Numbered from the stretch's first letter, positions 9,983 to 19,920 are shown. The stretch: DNA of 64,000 bases from an uncultured Verrucomicrobiota bacterium (GCA_903880005.1 CAIRNV010000291.1:22265-86264), one strand, 5' to 3'. The notes: generated by a model from the sequence alone, not told the origin. Translations and numbers: made by a program.

Positions 9983-10837
9983 ATGACCATCGAGCAGGAA
10001 ATCGCGCGGCGCAGGACGTTCGCCATCATCTCGCACCCCGACGCCGGCAAGACGACGTTGACCGAGAAGCTGCTGCTGTACGGCGGGGCGGTCCAGCTCG
10101 CGGGCTCCGTCACCGCACGCAAGAACCAGCGCGCGACCACGTCCGACTGGATGGAGCTGGAGAAGAAGCGCGGCATCTCGATCAGCTCCACCGTCCTGCA
10201 GTTCGAGTACCGGGGCTACTACATCAACCTCCTCGACACCCCCGGCCACAAGGACTTCTCCGAGGACACCTACCGCGTCCTCACCGCCGTGGATGCGGTC
10301 ATCATGGTCATCGACGCCGGCAAGGGCGTCGAAGCGCAGACCCGCAAGCTCTTCGAGGTCTGCTCGCGACGCGGCGTTCCCATCTTCACCTTCATGAACA
10401 AGCTCGACCGCCCGGCCCGCGACCCCATCGGGCTGATGGACGAGCTCGAGGCCGTCCTCGGCATCCGGTCCGTCGCCATGAACTGGCCGTTGGGCAACGG
10501 GTCGGACTTCAGGGGCGTGTACGACCGCCTTGAGAAGAAGGTCCACCTCTTCGAGCGCGTCACGGGCGGCATGTATCGCGCGCCGGTGTCCGTGACCGGG
10601 CTCGACGACCCCGGGGTGGCGTCACGCCTCGACCCCGGCACCTACGCGCAGGTTCGCGAGCAGATCGAGATGATCGAGATGGCCGGGGCGGCCTTTGACC
10701 ATCCGCAGGTCCTGGCGGGCAAGCTGACCCCCGTCTTCTTTGGCTCCGGCGTGAACAACTTCGGGGTCCAGCTCCTGCTCGACAGCTTCCTCCAGTTCTC
10801 GGCCCCGCCCCGCGGGCGCCTGGCCGCCGCCGCCTGA
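9983..10837 (+). pseudogene. prfC: peptide chain release factor 3, truncated to the N-terminal GTPase domain (284 aa versus ~530 aa expected)
   Basis: G-domain motifs AIISHPDAGKTTLTEKLL, DTPGHKDF and NKLDR are present. Similarity runs to ...LLLDSFLQFSAPP, then the ORF ends RGRLAAAA-stop. Only 90 nt remain before the next gene, so the C-terminal ~245 aa are absent. Confidence 0.75.
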
Positions 10838-10927
10838 CGACGCGGACCCGGCCCTGAATCTGCGGTTGGCGAGCCCGTTCAACTTCCATAGCATCGCCTT
10901 GTTCACATTCCTCATCGCTTCACGTCT

Positions 10928-12085
10928 ATGGCCAAGAAACAGATTCGCATCGGTCTCATCGGCTACGGCTTCATGGGCCGTGCCCACTCCAACGCCTTCG
11001 CCAAGGTCGGGCACTTCTTCGACTCCGAGCACGAGATCGTCCTCCAGGCGATCTGCGCGCGCGACGCCGCCAAGGCCCAGGCCTTCGCCGACCGCTGGGG
11101 GTACCGCTCGGTGGAGACCGACTGGAAGAAGCTCATCGCCCGGGACGACATCGACCTCATCGACATCGCCGTCCCCAACAACCTCCACGCCGAGATCGCC
11201 ATGGCGGCCGCGAAGGCGGGCAAGATGATCCTGTGCGAGAAGCCCCTCGCCATGAACCCGAAGGAGGCCGAGAAGATGGTCGCGGCGGTCAAGAAGGCCG
11301 GCGTGCCCAACATGGTCTGGTACAACTACCGCCGTTGCCCGGCCGTCGTCCTTGCCAAGCAACTCATCGACGAGGGCCGCCTGGGCCGCATCTTCCATTA
11401 CCGCGCGAACTTCCTCCAGGACTGGACCATCTCCCCCGAACTCCCCCAGGGCGGCACCGCCCTGTGGCGACTCGACGCCAAGGCCGCCGGCTCCGGCGTC
11501 ACCGGCGACCTCCTCGCCCATTGCATCGACACCGCCCTTTGGCTCAACGGCGGCATCGCCGACGTCAACGCCATGACCGAGACCTTCATCAAGGAGCGGA
11601 AGCACACCCTCACCGGCAAGGTCGAGAAGGTCTCCATCGACGACGCCTGCGCCTTCCTCTGCCACTTCAACAACGGCTCCCTCGGCCTCTTCGAGTCCAC
11701 CCGCTACGCGCGCGGCCACAAGGCCCTCTACACCCTCGAGATCAACGGCGAGCACGCCTCCATCAAGTGGGACCTTCACGACCTGCATCGCCTCCAGTGG
11801 TTTGACCACAAGGACCAAAGCAACCTCCGCGCCTGGCGGTCCATCCATGTGTCCGACGGCGACCATCCCTACCTCAAGAACTGGTGGGTCCCCGGACTCC
11901 AGATCGGATACGAGCACTCCTTCGTTCACCAGGTCGCCGACTTCCTCCACGGCCTCGACACCGGCAAGCCCGCCCGCCCGGACTTCGCCGACGGCTTGGC
12001 CACGGACTACGTCGTCGATGCCGTCCTTTCCTCGGCCAAGGCCCACAAGTGGACCAAGGTCAAGCAGGTCAAGGCCGCCAAGTAA
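10928..12085 (+). CDS. Gfo/Idh/MocA family oxidoreductase
   Basis: 385-aa ORF with an N-terminal Rossmann fold [19 protein letters not shown] and the conserved ILCEKPLA segment. Confidence 0.85.
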   Translation: MAKKQIRIGLIGYGFMGRAHSNAFAKVGHFFDSEHEIVLQAICARDAAKAQAFADRWGYRSVETDWKKLIARDDIDLIDIAVPNNLHAEIAMAAAKAGKMILCEKPLAMNPKEAEKMVAAVKKAGVPNMVWYNYRRCPAVVLAKQLIDEGRLGRIFHYRANFLQDWTISPELPQGGTALWRLDAKAAGSGVTGDLLAHCIDTALWLNGGIADVNAMTETFIKERKHTLTGKVEKVSIDDACAFLCHFNNGSLGLFESTRYARGHKALYTLEINGEHASIKWDLHDLHRLQWFDHKDQSNLRAWRSIHVSDGDHPYLKNWWVPGLQIGYEHSFVHQVADFLHGLDTGKPARPDFADGLATDYVVDAVLSSAKAHKWTKVKQVKAAK

Positions 12086-12195
12086 CAACGAGGCATCGGG
12101 ACGCCGGGAGCACGCCCGTCCTCGGGCTCCGGCGTCCCGCCCCGGCTCGCGGCGGCAACCCTCCCGGCCCTCCATGCGCCGGGAGCAGCGTGGCA

Positions 12196-12250
12196 CCGGC
12201 ATGCTCCCGCTGATCCCTGCAAGGCAAGCGGCTGGAAGCCGCTTCCACTT
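12196..12250. repeat. partial copy of the GC-hairpin mosaic element (hairpin AAGCGGCT-GGA-AGCCGCTT)
   Basis: cggcatgctcccgctgatccctgcaaggcaagcggctggaagccgcttccac matches 57569..57619 at about 45 of 52 positions. It lies between convergent genes. Confidence 0.6.
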
Positions 12251-12378
12251 TCACCGGGTCTGACGGCTTTTCCACGTTTCCACTGGGTGAGGGCTCGGAT
12301 GGTCCCCCAGGGCCTCTCTGCCTTGATGGGACGGCGATTTGCTCGCCTTGGAGCCCTCTTCAATCGCCGGCCATAGGT

Positions 12379-15300
12379 TCACCGCTTCTGCCGCAGCACC
12401 CCGTCCCGGCTCACGAACCACACCTGCGCCGTCGTTCGATCCTCCGTGAACAGGTACACCAACCGGATGTTCGCGGCCGCCAACTCCGCCTTCTGCGCCG
12501 CCGAGACGGACGGGTCCAACGCCGGCTCCAGCAGGAACTCCTCCGAGAAATTGTGATGGTAGGGGTGGTACGTCTGCGCGGACGCCGCGCGCAGTTCCAA
12601 GGGCTCCCGCGTGAGGCCCGTCACCGTCGTCCCCACCCAGGCAATGCAGGGCGCCGTGTAGCCCGCCGACGGCCCCTTGGGCGGCTCCGGCCAGTAGAAC
12701 CGCAACGTCGCGCTCATCCCCGCCGACGTCTTCAACGCCCGTTCCTGCAACAGGCTGCCCGCGTCCACCACAACCTCCACGCCCAGCCGCGCCTCGTCCT
12801 TGAACGTCCGGGCCGGACCCATGAAGTCGAACGTGGGCTGGGACACGAGGTAGTCGGCCCGCGCCACCGCGAACAAGTCTGGAAGCAACAAGACGGGCGA
12901 GACCGCGCCCGGGACGGTCCAAGGCAATTGAAGCGACAAGGTCCATCGCGTCCCCGCCGGGTCACCCATGAGAAACGAGTCCTCCGTCCCGTCCGCGACC
13001 CGGGCGAACGTCGCGCCCGGCCACCCTCCCGGGCCGCCCTCCCAACGCGACGCCATCACGCCCTCGCCCCGTGTCACCACGGCGTCGCGAAGGACCGAGG
13101 CGACGACGTTGCTGGTGGCGACCACCATGTTGCGGCCGTTGAACTCCCAGGTCGCCTTCAGGCGATGCATCGCGAACACGTCCCCCCACTCGCCTTGGAC
13201 CACCGTCAACCTCACGGGCGCGCCAAACAGCAAGGGCACCTGGTTCGCCGGCGGCTTCGGCACGGGAATCTCGCGCACTTGCTTCACCTCCATGCCACGC
13301 AGCGCCGACTTCTTGAACTCGAAGTCCAACGTGTAGGACGTCCGCCCGCCCGACAGCGTCCGATACGCATCCGCCACGCGGTTGAACATCGAGCCCAACG
13401 CGCGGTACTCCGCCTCCCATGCAAGCACGGTCGCGCCCAACGGCATCCGGCCCGACGTCTCCCGCACCGCCAACGCCACGTCTGTCCCGTAGCGATAGCC
13501 ATCCACCACCTCCGGGCGGGCCCCGGGGACGGGATTGGACACGGACTCCGCCCCCTTCTGCGTGACCATCCTCCAGTCGGTGGAGGGCTTGCCGCCAAAC
13601 CCTGCCGTCCAGTTGAGGGTGGTCACGCCATTCGCGAGCTCGTCCTCGTCGGGGTAGGACTCGTGCACCAGGACACCCATGAAGGCGGCGGACTCGTCCA
13701 CGCCGAGCCGTCGGCGTTCCATGAACGCGAGGTCGTTGTAGAAGCTGGCATAGACGCGCTGGATGGCGCGGAAGACGCCCCGCTCGTCCCGTTCCGCCGC
13801 GTCGCATCGGCACGGACCCAAGTCGTCGCCGTCGAGTTCGTCGGGCAGGCATCCGCTGTAGCTGTCGTAGAGGCCCGCCCCGGTGAAGTCCTGGGAGTCC
13901 TCGACGTTGGTCGAGCTGCGGAACCTCAGCTTTCTTTGCACGGGAAGACCGCTTTGCTGCAAGAGCCGGATCACCTCGGCCCGCAACGCCGGGCTGAAGG
14001 ACGCCTCGTTGCGAACCAGGCTGCGGACGCCCGCGAGGCGTGCCTGGGCATCGCCCATGTTCGTGGGCGGGTAGGTCAGCCCGCCCAGCCGCGCGTCCAA
14101 CTCCGCGCGCAACGTCCGTCCATTCGAGAGCCCTTGCCCCATGAAGGCGTCCCACAGGTCGAACGTCAGCGCGATCGCCGGCGGCGAGTTCGTGGGCAAC
14201 GTGCGGCGCAACAACCCGAAGTTCGCCGCCTTGCCGCCCACCTTCGCCATGTCGGCCGGAACCAACGACGTGGCGTCCAACACCAACACCCCGGAACGTT
14301 GGCCCGGCTGGACCTTCAGGACGGGCGGGGCCTTGCGCCGCGCCACCTCCTGCCGCAACGCATCCGGCACCGGACCCTCCAACGCGACCAACTCCACCCG
14401 GGCCGGGTTGTCCGAAACACGCATCACCACCTCGCGCCCGGGCCATTTTCCCCACGCCATGCAACGGTCCCGCAACGCCGCGTCCGCGCTCCATCCAAAC
14501 GGCACCTCAAACGTCCGGGCCAGGATCGCCACGTGCGAGTTCGGCGTGGCGGGCGTCAACGACACGATCCCGGCCACCTGCGGCACCTCGGCCGGGACGG
14601 CATCCGTCAACAGGATGTCGCCGGGCCCCAGGAGCCCGGCTGAATAGGCCTGGGCAATCTCGCCGGCCGGCACGAACAACATGCGCCCCACGGCCCACCC
14701 CGCCGAGTACGCCGCGTCCGCCGTGGTCCAGCGGTCCAGCGAAGCCACCTCGACGCCCCGCGACGACAACCACGCCTTCTCGTCACGGGCCACCTGGGAT
14801 TGCTCCAGCGTCGGGACATAGAACGAACGCCAACCCGGCGGCGCCTGGACCGCCGCCCGCACCCGCGCCGTCCAATCCGCCACCTCCTCGCGCGTGAAGG
14901 CGTCCTGCCCCACCAACTGGATGCCGAACTCGGCCGGTTGGCCCGATCCAGGCAACACCACCGCGCCGGCCACCGCCACGCGCCCGTCGCGGCGCAGCGT
15001 CATGGCGTCGAACTGCGCCCTCGTGGTGCCGGCGAATTCCGGGAGGCGCAACCGCGCCCAGTCGTGGTGGAACAAGTGGCGTTGGCTGTCCTGGAACCAC
15101 ACGCGCCCGGGATCCGACAGGCGAAACAGGAACTTCACCCACCGCACCCCGGGCGACGGCGACGACACGTCAATCGGGGAGTTGATGAAGGGATCGTCGG
15201 GAAGCCGCAGGCCGTTCTTGCCGTCGTCCGTCGCCGTGATGGGCGTGCTGCGAACCCGATAGAAGGCGGCCGTCCCGCCGGGATCCGTCTCGGTGAATCC

Positions 15301-15531
15301 CCAGGAACCGTGGTGGAGCGTCGCGCGCTCGCTCCACGTCGTGAGGTTGAGGCTGCGCTCGATGCGATGAACGCGATTGGTCAGGCCATCGCCGGTCAAC
15401 CGGACCCATCCGTTGGTCACGAGCACCGGTGCATCCAGGACCGCGGCGCGCAGCGCAAGGCCCAGCATCCAGCCCAGTCCTACACACCATGGCGCCCATG
15501 CCCCCATCCAACCGCCGTGCCGCGTCTTCAT
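12379..15531 (-). CDS. large signal-peptide protein with a PEP/pyruvate-binding (PPDK_N / PpsA N-terminal type) domain
   Basis: ORF 12379..15852. I prefer ATG 15531 (MKTRHGGWMGAWAPWCVGLGWMLGLALRA, with GAGG 8 nt upstream); alternatives are at 15537 and 15564. Mid-protein VGGKAANFGLLRR and VYASFYNDLAFMERRRLGV...MGVLVHESY resemble the PPDK_N ATP-grasp. The N-terminus carries a module ending in FYRV. Confidence 0.65.
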   Translation of the reverse strand: MKTRHGGWMGAWAPWCVGLGWMLGLALRAAVLDAPVLVTNGWVRLTGDGLTNRVHRIERSLNLTTWSERATLHHGSWGFTETDPGGTAAFYRVRSTPITATDDGKNGLRLPDDPFINSPIDVSSPSPGVRWVKFLFRLSDPGRVWFQDSQRHLFHHDWARLRLPEFAGTTRAQFDAMTLRRDGRVAVAGAVVLPGSGQPAEFGIQLVGQDAFTREEVADWTARVRAAVQAPPGWRSFYVPTLEQSQVARDEKAWLSSRGVEVASLDRWTTADAAYSAGWAVGRMLFVPAGEIAQAYSAGLLGPGDILLTDAVPAEVPQVAGIVSLTPATPNSHVAILARTFEVPFGWSADAALRDRCMAWGKWPGREVVMRVSDNPARVELVALEGPVPDALRQEVARRKAPPVLKVQPGQRSGVLVLDATSLVPADMAKVGGKAANFGLLRRTLPTNSPPAIALTFDLWDAFMGQGLSNGRTLRAELDARLGGLTYPPTNMGDAQARLAGVRSLVRNEASFSPALRAEVIRLLQQSGLPVQRKLRFRSSTNVEDSQDFTGAGLYDSYSGCLPDELDGDDLGPCRCDAAERDERGVFRAIQRVYASFYNDLAFMERRRLGVDESAAFMGVLVHESYPDEDELANGVTTLNWTAGFGGKPSTDWRMVTQKGAESVSNPVPGARPEVVDGYRYGTDVALAVRETSGRMPLGATVLAWEAEYRALGSMFNRVADAYRTLSGGRTSYTLDFEFKKSALRGMEVKQVREIPVPKPPANQVPLLFGAPVRLTVVQGEWGDVFAMHRLKATWEFNGRNMVVATSNVVASVLRDAVVTRGEGVMASRWEGGPGGWPGATFARVADGTEDSFLMGDPAGTRWTLSLQLPWTVPGAVSPVLLLPDLFAVARADYLVSQPTFDFMGPARTFKDEARLGVEVVVDAGSLLQERALKTSAGMSATLRFYWPEPPKGPSAGYTAPCIAWVGTTVTGLTREPLELRAASAQTYHPYHHNFSEEFLLEPALDPSVSAAQKAELAAANIRLVYLFTEDRTTAQVWFVSRDGVLRQKR

Positions 15532-15866
15532 GTCCATGACCTCATACGATTCCGTGGTTTGCATGCCCTGCCCGCATTGCATGACGTTTGCAAGCCTCCT
15601 TCCAACGCAATCGTGCCCGCTGGCAGCGGCATCCCTGCCGTCGCATGAGAACACGCGACCTACGGCACGGGGTGCAGATGGCAGGGCCGTCCCGGGCCTG
15701 GCTGGGTCAACACCTGCGTCGGGACGCCGCTGCCACAGCCGCCCCTGAACGTTCCGGCCATCCCCTTGCCGGTCGCGGCTCACCCGTTGGTGGACGGCGG
15801 AAGCAAAAAGGCGGCCGGACCGTCGCGCGAAGCGACAAGACCGGCCGCCCATGAGCCTGCCACGCC

Positions 15867-18800
15867 CTACTTGGCGAACGCGGCGTGCTTCGGGTTGCCG
15901 CCAGATTGGAGGTAGGCAACGAGGTTGAGCAACTCGTCCTGGTTGAGGCCGTTGATCATGCCGGCCGGCATGAGCGACACCGGATACGGCTTGCGCGACT
16001 TCACGTCGTCGAGGGCGACGGTCGTGGATTCATCGGGGTTCCTGGGGTCGGCCGTGACCACGAGCTTGCTGCCGTCCACGTAGGTGCGGCCCACGAGGGT
16101 GGAGCCGTCCTTGAGCAAGACCTCCTCGGACCCGTATTGGTCGGAGATGACCTTGGAGGGCTCGATGATGTTCTCCATGAGGTCGCGGAGGGTGTAGCGG
16201 GCGGCGACGCCGGAGAGGTCCGGGCCCACGCCGCCGCCCGAGCCGTCGAACCGATGGCACGCGGCGCAGCCGGTGGAGTTGTACATGGCGCGGCCGTTGT
16301 CGAAGTCGCGGCCGCGCAGCTTGCTGGAGGCCACGGCGAGGACGTCCTCGACCGAGTAGGCGCGGCCGGGGCCCTTGGGTGCGGCGAATTCCTGGGTTGC
16401 GACGGCGACCTTCTTGGTGGAGAGGGCGTCCATGGCGGCGCGCTCGGCGGGGTCGCTGATGGTGGCGAGGGCGTCCTTGCGAATGTTCTCCAGGAAGCCG
16501 CGGAAGCTGTTGCCGCCCTTCCAAGGCGCGGTGCGGGGGAACCAGGAGAAGAACGACTTGCGCAAGGCGGGGGTCCAGCCGGCCTTGGCCTCGCGGAGGA
16601 GGTAGGCGTAGGCGATCTGCTCCTGGTTGGGGCGGCTGGTGGCGGCCTGCGAAAACGCGGTGGCATAGCCCTTGTTGCGGTCCAGGAGGGCGTCGCTCGC
16701 GTACGTCAGGTCGGCGTCGTTGGCCGTGAGCATGAGGGGGACGCTCTTGGCGACGACGGTGGGGGATCCCAGGCGGATCAACGTCCCGGCCAGCTCGCGG
16801 TTGAGCTCGCGCGACTTCGACGGGAAGAGGGCCTCGAGGCGTTGGGTGGTGGCGACCAGCATGGCGCCGTCGGGGTTGCCACGGCGGATGAGGGCGACCT
16901 GGTAGGCGCGCACGGCCGAGAGGCGCGCGGAGTCGTCGAGGCGGGCCATGTCGAGGCCGTTGAGCTTGCCGAGGATTTGGTCGCGATGGGAGCCATTCCC
17001 GACGCGCGCGAGGGCGAGGCAGCCCTCGATGACGGCCCATGAGCGGCGCTCGGCCATGAGGCGGGGGAACCACACGTCGGCGGGTTGGCGCTCGATGGCG
17101 ACGCGGGCGGCGTAACGCACCCAACGGTCCTGATGCGCCAGGTGCGGCCAGGCGGTGGCGATGGCCTCGGTGGGGGTGCCCTCGTCGTGGAGCTTCTCGA
17201 GGCTCTTGCGGAGCTGCTGCGCCGCCGTGGGCCGGGGTCCGGCGGCCGGCGCCGTGCTGTCCTTGCCGACATAGGTCACCCGGTACACCGCCGACTGCGT
17301 CCCGCGACCGCCGATGGCGAAGTACATGGCGCCGTCGCCGGGATGGATGAGCACGTCGGTCAGGGGCAGCGGGCGACCGCTGAGGAACTCCTCCTTCTCG
17401 GCCCGGTAGGCGCCGCCCTCGGGCTTGAGGTGGATGGCGTACATGGTGCCGTAGGTCCAGTCGTTGGCGAAGATGGCGTGCTGGTACTTGCCGGGGAACT
17501 TGGCGCCTTGCCCCGAGACGACGCCCGTGGGGCTGCCTGGCCCGATGTCCACCATGGCGGGGACGCTATCGGGGTAATATGTGGGCCACTTGCCGGCGCC
17601 GGAGCGCCAGCCGAGGTCGCTGCCGCTGGGGGCCATGCAGATGCGCGTGGGCCGGTACCACGGCGATCCGGCGTCCCATTCCATGTCGGAGTCGTACGTG
17701 AAGAGGTCGCCGAGGCTGTTGAAGGCGATGTCGTACTCGTTGCGGTAGCCGTAGCTGACGAGCTCGAAGGTCTTGCCGTCGGGGTCGGTGCGGCAGATGT
17801 AGCCGCCCGGGGCGAGGATGCCGCGGGCATGGCCGTTGGCGTCCCAGAGGCGGGTGACCACCTGGTCCTCGTCCCAGGCGCGGGCGGCGCGGGAGAGTTC
17901 CATGTTCTGGGGGATCTTGGTGTGGTTGCCGCATGCCACGTAGAGGGACTTGCCGTCGGGCGAGAGGACGATGCCGTGGGGGCCATGCTCGCCGCCGCCC
18001 TCGATGCGACGGAGGAGTTGTTCCTCGTCGTATTGGTCGTCGTTGTTGGTGTCGCGCAGGCGCCACAGGCCTTGGCGGCCGCCTTGCTCGTTGACCATCA
18101 CGTAGAGGCTGCCGAAGGCGTGGAGGAGGCCGTGGGCGCCGCCGACCTTGTTGCCGAGCTTTTCCACCTTGGCCTCGCCGCCTGCTGAGGGGAGCGTGAG
18201 GCGATGGAGCCCGCCGCCTTGGTCGCAGGCGATGAGGCGGCCCTTGGGATCCACGGTCATGCTCACCCAGGAGCCCTCGACCGCCTTGGGCACGGTGTGG
18301 ATGAGGTCCACCTTGAAGCCCGCCTTCACCTGGATGTCACCGGTCGCCGTGGCCAACGCGGCGGCGGCCGGGGCTCCCGAAGCGCCCGCACCGGACAAGG
18401 CATCGCCCCAGGGCTCGTCGCCGTACTTGGCGAGGACCTTGGCGGGCTTCCACTCGCCCTTGCCGGGCACCGTCGCCTCCCACGTCGCGTCGGTTTCCAG
18501 GACGGATTCCTTTCCGTCCTGGCCCTTCATGACGAGGCGGGCGACCAACCCGGCGATGTCGCCCTCGTTGGTGGCCTCGACCAGGAGGACGTGCGTGCCC
18601 GGCTTGAGCTTGGCCGTCAGGCTGGCCTTGGAAGGGGCGTTCCAGTCCGCGTTCACGAGGACTTGCTGGCCGTCGAGGAGGACGCGCGCGCCGTTGTCAC
18701 AGGTCAGGAACAGCGTGGCGTCGCGGAGCGGGCCGGTGATCTCGAAGGATCTGCGGAAGTGCGCGGCGGCCTTGCTGCCGGGGGCATCCGACCAAATCCA

Positions 18801-18881
18801 TGATGGCGCGGCGAAGGAAGGGAGGAAGACGAGGCCCGAGAGGGCCGCGGCGACTACCGTGCGGGGGATTCGTTGAAGCAT
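15867..18881 (-). CDS. PVC-type putative membrane-bound dehydrogenase / HEAT-repeat / c-type cytochrome fusion protein
   Basis: ORF 15867..19067. The internal ATG at 18881 gives the signal peptide MLQRIPRTVVAAALSGLVFLPSFAAP. Contains a beta-propeller-like region (HGPHGIVLSPDGKSLYVACGNH) and a C-terminal heme motif STGCAACHRFDGSGGGVGPDLSG. Confidence 0.75.
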   Translation of the reverse strand: MLQRIPRTVVAAALSGLVFLPSFAAPSWIWSDAPGSKAAAHFRRSFEITGPLRDATLFLTCDNGARVLLDGQQVLVNADWNAPSKASLTAKLKPGTHVLLVEATNEGDIAGLVARLVMKGQDGKESVLETDATWEATVPGKGEWKPAKVLAKYGDEPWGDALSGAGASGAPAAAALATATGDIQVKAGFKVDLIHTVPKAVEGSWVSMTVDPKGRLIACDQGGGLHRLTLPSAGGEAKVEKLGNKVGGAHGLLHAFGSLYVMVNEQGGRQGLWRLRDTNNDDQYDEEQLLRRIEGGGEHGPHGIVLSPDGKSLYVACGNHTKIPQNMELSRAARAWDEDQVVTRLWDANGHARGILAPGGYICRTDPDGKTFELVSYGYRNEYDIAFNSLGDLFTYDSDMEWDAGSPWYRPTRICMAPSGSDLGWRSGAGKWPTYYPDSVPAMVDIGPGSPTGVVSGQGAKFPGKYQHAIFANDWTYGTMYAIHLKPEGGAYRAEKEEFLSGRPLPLTDVLIHPGDGAMYFAIGGRGTQSAVYRVTYVGKDSTAPAAGPRPTAAQQLRKSLEKLHDEGTPTEAIATAWPHLAHQDRWVRYAARVAIERQPADVWFPRLMAERRSWAVIEGCLALARVGNGSHRDQILGKLNGLDMARLDDSARLSAVRAYQVALIRRGNPDGAMLVATTQRLEALFPSKSRELNRELAGTLIRLGSPTVVAKSVPLMLTANDADLTYASDALLDRNKGYATAFSQAATSRPNQEQIAYAYLLREAKAGWTPALRKSFFSWFPRTAPWKGGNSFRGFLENIRKDALATISDPAERAAMDALSTKKVAVATQEFAAPKGPGRAYSVEDVLAVASSKLRGRDFDNGRAMYNSTGCAACHRFDGSGGGVGPDLSGVAARYTLRDLMENIIEPSKVISDQYGSEEVLLKDGSTLVGRTYVDGSKLVVTADPRNPDESTTVALDDVKSRKPYPVSLMPAGMINGLNQDELLNLVAYLQSGGNPKHAAFAK

Positions 18882-18977
18882 GGGGAAAAGGACAACTGGA
18901 AGATTGCCGTCATTCAAGCCTTCCATCCGGCAAAGCCGGAAAAGGCCGCTCCTGGCCCAACGGCATCGTCCCGGCCT

Positions 18978-19111
18978 AGCCGGAACGATGCCATGGGGGG
19001 GGGACGTGACTGCGCCGCGGATTCCCTCGCAACGCGAGGAGCGAGCGAGGGACGAAGAGTGGTGCAAGCAGATCGAGCCAGCACGACCGACCCAACTGAA
19101 TCGTCCCGGCT
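18978..19111. repeat. MITE-like inverted-repeat element, divergent long copy (copy 1)
   Basis: Begins agccggaacgatgcc and ends ccaactgaatcgtcccggct. The right half matches the other copies (gcaagcagatcgagccagcacgaccga). It abuts copy 2. Confidence 0.7.
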
Positions 19112-19112
19112 T

Positions 19113-19279
19113 AGCCGGAACGATTCAGTTGGGAGGGAAGTGATTGCGAAGCAGATGCTTGCGCAAGCCGAGGAGTGAGCGAGGCGCGGGCCGGCCCGAG
19201 GCCCGTAACGAGCGAAGGACGAAGGATTTGCGCAAGCAGATCGAGCCAGCACGACCGATCCAACTGAATCGTCCCGGCT
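19113..19279. repeat. MITE-like inverted-repeat element, long form (~167 bp, copy 2)
   Basis: Terminal inverted repeats are AGCCGGAACGATTCAGTTGG on the left and CCAACTGAATCGTCCCGGCT on the right. It is nearly identical to 57248..57414 and, in inverse orientation, to 25017..25183. Confidence 0.85.
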
Positions 19280-19920
19280 TAGGCCTTCGCCGGGGCCTTC
19301 GGCCGCAGGCGGCGCACGACGGCTGCCGCCCCGCACAAGCCGGCCCCGATGGCGGCCCACTCCGAGGGCTCGGGCACGGCGGTGATGGTGATCGTGTTGT
19401 TGCCGGGAAGGTTCAGCGTCTGCGAATCCCCGACACTTGCATTGAAGTCGCTGAGGGTCGCAGCGGCGAACTGCAACTGGCCCGAGATCGTAGTTCCCGA
19501 GATGTATCGATTCGGGAGTCCGATGGCGACGTAGGGGGTGTCCGGGGCGGGAAACGGGAACGTCGCTCCCTGAAAGCCGAAAGTCTGCCCCGAGAAGCCC
19601 GTGGACGGGACAGAACTGCCCGGCAAGCCCAGGACTGAAGACGCATGGATGTAGATGTCCACGGGCGTGATGCCGTCATTGAAGATCAAGCCATTCACGG
19701 GAAACGGGGAAGCTGAACTGAAGGTCGCGCCTCCCGGATTCCCCCCTGCCTGGAAATACAGCAGCCACCCGCTGGTGTTGAACGAGCCTTGGTAGCTGAT
19801 GGTGACGCCGGTGGCGTCTTGGACCATCTGGATGGCAATGAGGTTTTGCGCCTGGATCGACGCGCCAGATGCCGCGGCGACGATGCATGCGAGCTGACGG
19901 AGCTTGGACAGATGCTTCAT
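19279..19920 (-). CDS. PEP-CTERM sorting-domain protein
   Basis: The internal ATG at 19920 gives the signal peptide MKHLSKLRQLACIVAAASGASIQA. The C-terminus VPEPSEWAAIGAGLCGAAAVVRRLRPK shows the PEP motif, a TM helix and a basic tail. Confidence 0.85.
   Translation of the reverse strand: MKHLSKLRQLACIVAAASGASIQAQNLIAIQMVQDATGVTISYQGSFNTSGWLLYFQAGGNPGGATFSSASPFPVNGLIFNDGITPVDIYIHASSVLGLPGSSVPSTGFSGQTFGFQGATFPFPAPDTPYVAIGLPNRYISGTTISGQLQFAAATLSDFNASVGDSQTLNLPGNNTITITAVPEPSEWAAIGAGLCGAAAVVRRLRPKAPAKA

Noticed and set aside
9469-10191. N-terminal extensions of many track ORFs. Examples: 9469..10191, 15867..19067, 19279..20037, 24276..25289, 37306..38553, 41551..42327, 44690..45781 and 36917..37555.
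   Set aside because: The extensions overlap neighbouring genes or MITE-like repeats and lack protein-like composition. Internal ATGs give proper signal peptides or conserved N-termini. Some track first codons are TTG or GTG rendered as M, for example at 59279 and 61344.
18960-19290. Possible CRISPR array, because near-identical sequences recur in the window.
   Set aside because: The copies are 80-170 bp with terminal inverted repeats and are scattered kilobases apart in both orientations. They are not short direct repeats separated by unique spacers of uniform length, and no cas genes are present.
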